From contig NC_068982.1 of assembly GCF_001194135.2 (NCBI RefSeq), positions 3,838,534 to 3,883,563 on the forward strand: a DNA stretch of 45,030 nt, read 5' to 3'. Positions 12,441 to 22,088 of this stretch are shown one piece after another. The stretch comes from Octopus bimaculoides (taxonomy: Eukaryota). Numbering within the stretch: position 1 is the stretch's first letter; each line of letters begins with the position of its first letter. The notes under the pieces were generated by a model. That model was given only the letters and a program-made list of their open reading frames with translations, was not told the origin of the DNA and ran no database searches. Position numbers and translations under genes: made by a program.

Positions 12441-12917
12441 ATTGTTTGCCAACATAACATGGCAGTCCTGGTTTAGGACGAATGTTGCTGTAATTTAGCC
12501 CCGGGAGACAGTCTCCAGCTGGCTATACGACACAATCTGTGTCCTTATATTTTTGAACAAGGGAATCTAGCAGCCCCACTTAAGCTATTTCCAGGTTATT
12601 TCCCTTCATCAGAACAGAATAATTGTCCGGCTGTAATTTAGCCCAAGGAAACATCGTCTCCAGCTATATATTTCAAATGGGAATTTAGCAGTGCCACCTC
12701 TAGCCGAACAATTATTCTGTGCTGACGAAGGGATATAACTCGGAAAATGCGATACACAGATATTGTTCTGAGCTGAGTGGGGGTGCTAGATTCCCTTGTT
12801 CGAAAATATAAGGACACAGACCATGTCATATAGCCAGCTGAAGACGATGTCTCCTGGGGCTAAATTACAGTAACATTAATCCTAAAAAAGGACTGCCATG
12901 TTATGTTGGCAAATAAT
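12441..12917. mobile_element. 477-bp foldback element with ~190-215-bp inverted arms (inverted PLE-type terminal repeats or a MITE)
   Basis: attgtttgccaacataacatggcagtcc... at 12441 is mirrored by ...ggactgccatgttatgttggcaaataat ending at 12917. Arms align continuously to 12632/12702 apart from a ~25-nt indel. Confidence 0.85.
12707..12767 (+). ncRNA. Hammerhead-like motif (type I, irregular core) in the right arm of the foldback element
   Basis: AACAAU-UAU-UCUGUG CUGACGA A GGG-AUAUAA-CUC G GAAA AUGCGAU A / CACAGA-U-AUUGUU. Perfect 6-bp proximal stem I plus a 6-bp distal stem, and an AUA triplet. There are extra nucleotides around GAAA. Confidence 0.5.
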
Positions 12918-13639
12918 CTTTACTCCAAAGAACTGTTGCTGAATATCTCTCGTTGTGAGATTTAAAAATAGCAATTTTGTAACCAGCAGAGGTGTTTAGA
13001 AAAAAAAAAAGAAAAAAATTATTGTAACTGTACATATTAAAATAGACATTTAACTAAATAGGGCTGAAAGTAAGTAAACACAACAATTTCAATATACAAG
13101 TTTAAATGATAAATTCATGCAGATTAAAAGAAAAATTCACAGCTGTGGAAAAATTTACAAGCACATACATGTGTACAGTTTGGTACATAATATGTATGTA
13201 TATTTCTCACACACATTAGAGAGAAAAAAGAAAGAGAGTGGAGAAAATAGAAGCAACCCAGAAGCATTAGTTTGCGATGCACCATGTGACACCATGTTAA
13301 TACAGTTTGAGAGAAGCCTTAACCAAACCTATGGAAGATTGGGTGTCTATTGACAGCACACGCAACAGAAAAAAAAAAGTAGTTGTTAGCAGGAAGATCT
13401 AATTTCAATGAGTTAGTCAATAAGAGGATCGTATACTTTATAGATTTCGAGATAAAACAGCTAAAACACAACAAAGACAACAACACTCGTTTCTATCTTA
13501 GCAACAATAAGATAACAATACTTTAACTGCAAGTTTTATGTTAGAAGCAAATGTGATCGGACTCAATGGATATCTGATGCTGGAGTTGTGCACACGAATT
13601 GAGGTACAGTCTGCTGGTTGGGTTTCTAACTTTTATCTA

Positions 13640-13981
13640 TGGCCATGCTGGGGCACCACCTTTGAAAAATTTTAGTCAACCGTATCAAGCCCAGAACTTT
13701 TTTTTTTGTTTAAAGCGTGGTACATATTCTATCAGTCTCTTTTTGCCGAACCACTAAGTTATGAGAATGTAAACACACCAACATAGATTGTTAAGTTGTG
13801 AGGGGGACAAACAGACACAAAGACGCACACTGGGTTTCTTTCAGTTTCCGTCTACCAAATCCACTCACAAGGCTTTGGTTGGTCTGAGGCTATAGTAGAA
13901 GACATTTACCTAAGGTGCCATGCTGTGGGACTGAACCTAGAACCATGTGGTTGGGAAGCAAACTCCTTACAACAGAGCCAC
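13640..13981 (-). mobile_element. SINE family A
   Basis: Reverse-complement match to family A. Confidence 0.8.
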
Positions 13982-14451
13982 ATAGAAGACTATATTTAAA
14001 AGTGCCATAAACAAGTTAACCATCCAGAATAGGAAGCAGATCATCAAGGGATTGTTTAGCTTTGAACCAGAGATCACCTGTTATATTCTGGCCTCGGCTT
14101 TCGACATCGGTTCCAACTGCAATGGTAAACTGTATGAGTGAAGGTGTGTAACCATTCATGACAAGCCTGTCATCACACAGACCCCAACACCTGGTGCCAT
14201 GTGAAAAGAGCCCTCATTGGTTCATAAGATATACTTAACTGTAAATGGGATTAGGGGCAGTTCATACTAGGAAACAGGGGCAGCAATCTGCAAATTAACA
14301 AGTGTTTGCTGCTAACTTATGATGCCAAGTTCAAAACCGTCTTAGAAACGAAATAAATATTCTTACACTAACCCTTTTTAAAATCAATTCTGGTTAATTT
14401 TTAAGATTCATCCCCTTATGCCAGTTTGGGTTAGAGGGTTAACTTCCAAGG

Positions 14452-14633
14452 TTCCTGAAATTTTCCAACACTACACCTGATATCCACCCCACTCCATATG
14501 CATGCACGCATGTACATCATGACACTCATACACTATTCACTTTCCTGACTTTTGTACATAATTCTATGCACCTTTGATGAATTGTAGTGCACCTGAGCAC
14601 TATACACAATAATTTCAATATATTATTATTATT
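14452..14633 (+). mobile_element. 3'-end-only copy of the CR1-like LINE at 19340-20104
   Basis: ttcctgaaat...ctacacctgatatccacccca...gtagtgcacctgagcactatacacaataatttc+(TAT)n aligns with 19925-20104. Confidence 0.85.
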
Positions 14634-15143
14634 GCCTTTGCCCAGCTTCTAAGGCTGGAGATGTACTACAGTGTCAGCTGTTCCCTTCCAGTGAACTAAG
14701 GCAACACCTCTTATTTTTCGAGAACCTTCCGGAGTATTCGAGCGGTTCCAAGCAGTGCTCTTTTCTGCAAGTGCTCCACCCTTATTGCGGCCCCTATTTG
14801 TTCCATGTACTTCTCGAGATTTTTGCTCACTGTTCCCAGGGCTCCGACAATTATTGGTATTACTACCATCTTTTACAGCGACCACAACTGCTTAACTTCC
14901 CAAGCTAACCTGTCATATCTCTTAACTTTTCTTTCTTCCTTATGGCATATATTGTTGTCAGTTGGGCATGCTATATTTATGATCCAGCATCGTTTGTTTT
15001 CTTTCTCAATTAAGACTATGTCTGACTTCCTATTCTCTATCCCATGGTCGCACTGAATCATAAAATCCCACAGGATCTTTGCATTATCATTTTTGATGAT
15101 GCCTTCGGGTTTGTGGTCGTACAAATTTTTTGCTCTGTGTTTG
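14634..15143 (-). mobile_element. 5'-truncated R4/Dong-clade non-LTR retrotransposon (restriction-like endonuclease C-terminus + 3'UTR)
   Basis: One frame: ...KILWDFMIQCDHGIENRKSDIVLIEKENKRCWIINIACPTD...KVKRYDRLAWEVKQLWSL*KMVVIPIIVGALGTVSKNLEKYMEQIGAAIRVEHLQKRALLGTARILRKVLEK*. This fits the R4 RLE motifs (RPDIV-like, IPI+VGALG, LGTARILRKVL). Flanked by (ATT)n on both sides. Confidence 0.9.
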
Positions 15144-15885
15144 ATTATTATTATTAATTATTACTATTATAAAAACTTTGAAGACTTGAACTCAGGACTG
15201 TGAATTAGGAGCTTCTTTAATTAGAGACAGTATGTCTGCACATTTCTTAAGGTGCCAGTGCCGCTTGACTGGCTCCCATGCTGGTGGCACGTAAAAAGCA
15301 CCCACTACACTCTCGGAGTGGTTGGCATTAGGAAGGGCATCCAGCTGTAGAAACCTTGCCAGATCAGATTGGGGCCTGGTGCAGCCTCCTGGCCTGCCAG
15401 CCCTGGTCAAACTGTCCAACCCATGCCAGCATGGAAAGCGGACGTTAAACGATGATGATGATGATAATGATGCTTTGTGTAGTAGCAACTAAGACTCCTT
15501 CATTCAACAAACCATTTAAAGTCCTTAAAATGGTTTAATTGCTAAATATAGGACACAATAAAGATGAGATGGCCATAGATAAGATCTTATTTGTCCAAAG
15601 AGCAGCCAGAAAGTCTGCCAATGCAAAACTGACTGGATCCACTCAGAAACATGTAAGCTAAGCAAAGCATTGTGTTTTACGTAATGATTAAGTATAATAA
15701 ATTCAGTGGGTCAATCACAGCATTTTCCCAGAAACTTCTCATTGCCAAATATTGTGACTGCCACGGAGGGGCAAACACAATTATTCACACAACCAAATGT
15801 TAGGAAAGTTAGCTTCCTCAATGATTAATGACCTCCAATGGTCATAGTTTTTAAGTTATCTCTACAGATTTTTAGAGAATTTAAA

Positions 15886-16220
15886 TAGGAGTGTGGTAAG
15901 TAGCTTGTTCACCAACCGCATGGTGCCAGGTTCAGACCTACTGCATGGCACCTTGGGCAAGTGTCTCCTACTATAGCCTTGAGCGGACCAAAACTTTGCG
16001 AGTGGATTTGGTAGATGGAAACTGGAAGAAGCCCATCATGCATGTGTGTGTGTATTTGTACTCCCCACCCCACTATCGCTTGACAATTGATGCTGGTGCG
16101 TTTACATCCCCGTAACTTAGCTGTTCGGCAAAAGAAACCAATAGAATAAGTACTAGGCTCACAAAGAATAAGGCAGTACTCCAGCATGGCCGCAGTCAAA
16201 CAAGTAAATGAATTAAAGAA
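15886..16220 (+). mobile_element. SINE family A
   Basis: Head, CORE-like block and 3' cagcatggccgcagtcaaa end are present. Confidence 0.8.
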
Positions 16221-16233
16221 TAGTAAAAATTAT

Positions 16234-16415
16234 GTTTCACATACAAATACGTCAATGTAAACAATGTGATTCTAGACAGCAAAAATAGGTAAGGAGTGAA
16301 TATGCAAATTTCAGGAGTTAAGGAGCAACGACTCCTGAAATATGCAAATACACTCGTTGCCTATTTTTGCTATCTTTAATCACATTGTTTAATTAGACGT
16401 ATTCGTATTTGAAAC
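16234..16415. repeat. 182-bp imperfect palindrome (85-bp arms, 12-nt loop)
   Basis: Hand alignment of 16235-16318 against the reverse complement of 16331-16414 gives 71/84 identities with no gaps. Confidence 0.9.
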
Positions 16416-17288
16416 GTCACAACTTGCAGAGCTGCCCGTGTGAAAAAATCTGTAGAGATAGATGAAAAAATGAAAACAAAGGCACAATATTGACTTATAA
16501 ACCTTATATTTGGGGGTATATTACGGTTGCACAATGCTATAAGGTAGGGACAGGGAAACCCCCGCCCGTGGGCACAATTGCACCCACAAGCCCATTTCAT
16601 TGCACCTGCAGGCTGGTATATTTGTATGTACAAGAATATAGTAAGTTTTCCAATTATGAAATTTATACAATATTCATATGCTTATTTGCGACAAAGGTCG
16701 GGTTTCCAATACAACTTAAAACGGTCAGGCTCGAATAGAAAATCATCCGGTAATTGCCATTTGAATGAAAATTTTGTTTCCACTATAAAACACATATTGT
16801 TAGGTATTTATCACCCCCTTGAGATCCAACTACACTCTAGCTGTAAAATATAGAAACCCCATAAGTAATATAAATGTCCTCAATTCAGTGGCAGCGTTAA
16901 TGAAGATGTTACGCATTAATTTAACGTGTTAAACTTCTCTTTATTAATGTATATCGAATTACACGTAGATATTTACAAGATTTACACAGCTATAAGAGTT
17001 GGAACTTGTGATCTGCCTGTGGCCCTTTTTCTTTGGAAATTTTTGCAGTAAAAAGTTTCCCCACCTCTGATTTAAGGTGTCCCTATGAGCAATGAAAATG
17101 GTCATAGTGTTTAAAGTTTGACACAAATTACATGAATGATTAATTTTTAAATTCTTTAAAATAATTTCTCTCATAAATACATGATGTGGTAGGGAGGGAG
17201 AAGCAATACAAGTTGGAAAATTTCTCTCCCTAAAGTGAAGCAGCCAATTCTAACTATGGGATCAAAACAATATATTCTAATATTCTAT

Positions 17289-17697
17289 CATCATCATCAT
17301 CGTTTAACGTCCGCTTTCCATGCTGGCATGGGTTGGACGGTTTGACTGAAGACTGGCTCCAATCTGATCTGGCAAAGTTTCTACAGCTGGATGCCCTTCC
17401 TAATGCCAACCACTCCAAGAGTGTAGTGGGAGCTTTTTACGTGCCACCAGCACAAGGGCCAATCAGGCAATACTGGCAACGACCGCGCTCAAAAAGTGTT
17501 TTTTACGTGCCACCTGCACGGGAGCCAGTCCGGCAGTATTGGCAACGACTACACTCAAATATTTTCACATATCACCAGCACATGTGCCAGTAAGGTGACG
17601 CTGGCAATGATCACGCTCGAATTGGTGCTTTTTATGTGCCACCAGCATAGGAACCAGTCAGCCCTGACAATGATCATGCTTGGATGGTGCTTTTAAC
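17289..17697 (-). mobile_element. Repeat family C with ~4 internal tandem units
   Basis: (CAT)n tail at 17289 and repeated tttttacgtgccacc units. Confidence 0.82.
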
Positions 17698-19339
17698 GGT
17701 CAAGCAAGGGAGGTGATAAGAGGCTCATACAAAATAGCTGTTTAAGTAGACAGGGTAGAAATATGCACATACACACATGCTAAAGACAAATCATAAAGGG
17801 ACACCTACTTACATTTGCACACAATGTAATAAAATAGGGCTTTTTTTTTTTTCTCACCTTTTTGTTAGTATAGAAAACTGTTATCAATGTAGTAAATGAA
17901 GCTGATTAACCAGTGAAAAATTAGTAAAGGTGCATAAAAACTTTCTTTTTAATTTTTATAGAAGGTTTCTAGGCAACCTTGACGAAAGAGTACCACAAGC
18001 TTAAATGTAGATAAAACTCTATAAAGGTCTATCACTCACCAAACGAATTTAACGAATTCACTTGCTTAAACATTAATAATCTAAGAATTTGAAAGAAAAT
18101 ATATTTTGAGCTTTGCTAACACACAAACATTGGTGCAAACACACAGACTTCTGACGTGTCGAGATATTATTTAAAACCGTTTCATGCAGCTGAAAATTTC
18201 ATAATCTGAAATGCTGATTTCAAAACCACTGCATTTCCACAAAATATACACAGATCAAAGGGTTTGAACTCGGTGCTAACAAAACACTTAAACCCCTTTT
18301 GCAATCTTATTTCATTAAAAAAAAAATTTTTTTTTTTAAAGTGCAACTTTAAGTTTCAGTTAATTTTGAAAATTAAGAATTTGGAAGAATTTAGAAAATT
18401 ATCTAATGTTTCATTAATTGATATATTAAATTTAAAAGTGTGATGGAATAGTTTCTTTTAAATATTATGGTATATCACAGCATCGACCGGGCTATCGGAT
18501 ATTGCTGAGTACAATGTGCTTGGCATTGTTTTAACTTTCAAATGACACCACTCAGGTGGCAAGGCGAGCAGGCCAACATTGCCGTTGGTCAGAATGGCTA
18601 GTCTATGACAGGGTGACCCATTTACAGCTGAGTGGACTGGACCCATGGGAAATGAAGTGTTTTGCTCAAGAACACAACATGCCGCCCAGTCTGAGAATTG
18701 AACCCTGATCTAGCAGTCATGGGGGCAATATCCTAAACATTAGGCCATGCACCTTCCCATTCATTTCAATACAAATGCTTTAAAACGGACGACTGTGTAA
18801 GGGACAATCACAGAGTTATTTATACAAGGTTCTCATTTTTAACAGGAAGCTGGTGTCTACCCATGGTTAAACAGGGAGAGGTTGGTGTTTTGAGAAAGAT
18901 GAAATGATACACAGAGCCTCTACTCTTCAACCCTTAAGACAACTCCATGCTGGTTCAGTTGCAACAATCATTTCCAAATGAAGCCAATACTGTTAATTCT
19001 CATGTTTAATCACAAGAGTCAACATCACAGAATTTTAAAAATATCAAGAATTCAGCCACCAATAGGTGAGAGAAGATTTTTAAAAAGGGTTATTCTGATT
19101 GAATGGAGAGAGAGAGAATCCCTTTCAACTTCATGGTGCATATTGTATATAGACTTATTTCAACCCATTTCTATTGTCTATGTAGGAGAAAGACGAATGG
19201 ATGCATAGCAATTTCTTTTGACTAGGCACACACAAGCAATGGGTGTTGAGATAATTCATTTCCTAAATGCACTATTAACATAATTAAAATGAGACGGTTA
19301 ATAGTGAAAAGCACACATCCTCTCTCCACAATGCTAACA

Positions 19340-20104
19340 TCAAGAAGTCTTGTTGTGAATGTGACCTGGCCACTACTGTCAGCAGGGATTTGCACTGGAC
19401 AAAGCACATTTCTACAATTGTCCAGAAGGCCGAGGGTGTCTTGGCATCACTCAGCAAGACCTTTGTCAGCCGCTCTCCAGCTATCTGTTTAAGGCTGTAT
19501 ATGGTCATGGTGCAGCCACACTTGGAATTTGCATCACCAGTCTGGAACCTCTGTCTTGCTCAGGACATTGACCTCCTGGAAACTGTCCAGAGACATGCAA
19601 CCAAGTGAATACCCTCAATCACACATCTACCACACTCTGAACGCCTTGCTCACCTGGGCATAGATTCATTGAAGCTCCGACATCTGGCAACTGATTTGCT
19701 AAACACCCATAAAATTATTAACCATCATGCCAACAACTACCTTGAACACCTTTTTGAGCTCCATGTGTCTCTAATACATGTGGGCAGGCCTACAAAGTCA
19801 GAAAACAGCACAGCTTCCATGACTTCCGGAAACATTTACTCACACTCAGAGTTGCTGAGGCATGGAACAAACTCCCTGCATCAGTTGTTAACTGCCGAGA
19901 CTGCATCCTTTAAAACCTCCATGCTTCCTGAAATTCACCAACACTACACCTGATATCCACCCCACACCATGCACATGCACACCTGTATATCATGACTCAT
20001 ACACTGTTCACTTTCCTGACTTTTGTACATAATTCTATGTACTGTGCCTGCACCTTTAATGAGCTGTAGTGCACCTGGGCACTGTACACAATAATTTCAT
20101 TATT
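19340..20104 (+). mobile_element. 5'-truncated CR1/L2-like LINE (RT C-terminus, 3'UTR stem-loop, TAT tail)
   Basis: DLHWTKHISTIVQKAEGVL...LYMVMVQPHLEFASPVWNLCLAQDIDLLETVQRHATK*IPSITHLPHSERLAHLGIDSLKLRHLATDLLNTHKII fits the CR1-group RT C-terminus. One in-frame stop. Confidence 0.88.
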
Positions 20105-20814
20105 AAATTAATTGAATGGATCCATACACGAAACTAGTGCTTTTTGACACAAACTCAAAAAGATGTGATCACAAAATATAAAGGAACAGATCCAAAAGTT
20201 TGAAAAATATTTACAGAAACATTCTACATATTATGCCAACATGTCAGCCCAAGAATTTTAATCAAAAGTATTTTTTAAAATTTGCTGCAAAACAATTTCG
20301 AATATATCAATTTCTGGAAATGACACCTTACAATATTGACTTGAGAAGCAACCTCAACGTTTTAAATGTATGTATAGCAACAGATAATTGTTTACATGAT
20401 ATCTTTTCTTTTATCTATGTCAAAACGGAAATATAAAATTAATGATAAATCCCACAAAATGGAAAGAATTTTCCATTCAGGCTTGTCTAGAAATCTAGGA
20501 ACAATTCAGGGGAGACAACCAAATGCTTACTTGAAAAACTATTTGTGAACATTACAAGAATAAAGCTTGAGCAACCATCGATAATAAGAATTGAGATTGG
20601 TGACTAACGAGGTTTCCTAACTAGAGACACATTTTGGCATCTAACTAGGACATGGGAGTTCAATTCTGGCCCGGTCACATATAAATTAAAGTTGAATTAG
20701 ACGAAATGTCTATACTTTAGGTGCTGGGTAACTAATCTGGTTACAAGTTGCAACTTGGCTTCTTTAGATTGGTAAAAGAGAAGAAAAGGACTGCATTTTA
20801 AGGGTTTTATTATT

Positions 20815-21210
20815 CTTTTACTTGTTTCAGTCATTTGACTGCGGCCATGCAGGAGCACCGCCTCTAGTCTAGCAAATCGACCCCAGGACTTATTCTTTGT
20901 AAGCCTTATTAACTTATTCTATTGGTTTATTTTTGCGGAACCGCTAAGTTACGGGAGGTAAACACACCAACCTCGGTTGTCAAGCTATGATTGGAGGAAT
21001 GAACAGACACACAAGCATATACATATATACATACATATATATATATACAACAGGCTTCTTTCAGTTTCTGTCTACCAAATCCACTCACAAGACTTTGGTC
21101 GGCTGGAGGCTATAGTAGAAGACACTTGCCCAAGGTGCCACAGTGGGAATGAACCCGGAACTATGTGGTTGGGAAACAAGCTACTTACCACACAGCCACT
21201 CCTGCGCCTA
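20815..21210 (-). mobile_element. SINE family A
   Basis: Near full-length reverse-complement copy. Confidence 0.85.
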
Positions 21211-21533
21211 TTATTATTATTATTGGCGTTAGGAAGGGCATTCAGCTGTAGAAACTCTGCCAAATTAGATTGGAGCCTGGTGTAGCCATCCGGTTGCACC
21301 AGTCCTCAGTCAAATCGTCCAACCCATGCTAGCATGGAAAGCAGACGTTAAACGATGATGATGATGATGATGATTATTATTATTATTTTCAAAAAAGCCA
21401 TTAAATCCTTAATTTTCCTTGGCTGATAGTCAACATCTAATCTTGTTTTATGATTAAGCAACTAGCAGTAGAAAGAGCAGCCAAACAATAGATAATAAGC
21501 CCTACAAATTGAACCCCTTTTTAATTCAATAAC

Positions 21534-21778
21534 TTATTTACATTTCATGGATATTTGTCCTCATCTCGTTTGTTGTTAACACAACGTTTCGGCTGATATA
21601 CCCTCCAGCCTTCATCAGGTGTCTTGGGGAAATTTCAAACCTGGGTTCTCATTCCTAAGGTATTTTTCCATGTTATCATCATCATTATTATTATTATTAT
21701 TCAGGTCACTGCCTGGAATCGAACTGGGAATCTTGGGGTTAGTAGCCTGCGCTATTAACCACTACATCATATGCCCAT
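21534..21778 (-). mobile_element. Solo PLE terminal repeat / SINE-like copy (tRNA-like head + AAT/GAT linker + hammerhead + AATGTAAAT tail)
   Basis: Same unit as 2815-3018 but without the ORF upstream. Head atgggcatatgATGTAGTGGttaa...AGTTCGATTCC retains a B-box and a degenerate A-box. Confidence 0.85.
21578..21623 (-). ncRNA. Minimal type I hammerhead ribozyme, core intact
   Basis: 5'-GACAC CUGAUGA A GGCUG GAGGGUAUAU CAGCC GAA ACGU U / GUGUU-3'. Stem I GACAC:GUGUU, 5-bp stem II, palindromic ACGU stem III, GUU triplet. Predicted cut between 21583 and 21582. Confidence 0.72.
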
Positions 21779-21930
21779 GGGCTTTCTAAAGTTTTTTTCT
21801 ACCACTATTAACCCCATCTGCCCACCACTCTCTCAAAAGCCTGAATGGTTTGATGGTACTTCCATTCAGATAGATTATTCTTACCAAAAAATAGAAATAA
21901 ATATAAACAGATAATAAAAACATAATGTAC

Positions 21931-22088
21931 CTTGGAATAAGCTGCCGATGCCGACATATACAGTGTAGAATTTTCTTTATTGCTGTCATAACAGGGTCCC
22001 AGTTTTCATAGTATGTTAGCAGAGTCAATGCAAAGAATGACAAAAACACTGGTATAGATCCAACATAAAACATCCACGTGTAGGAAAC
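21931..22088 (-). CDS. SLC35F5: SLC35F5 coding exon 11 (VSYTWMFYVGSIPVFLSFFALTLLTYYENWDPVMTAIKKILHCICRHRQLIP)
   Basis: ttttaaccacag|GTT...AG|gtacat, 158 nt, phase 0-2. Contains IPVF.SFF..TLL..Y.NWDPVM. Confidence 0.96.
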
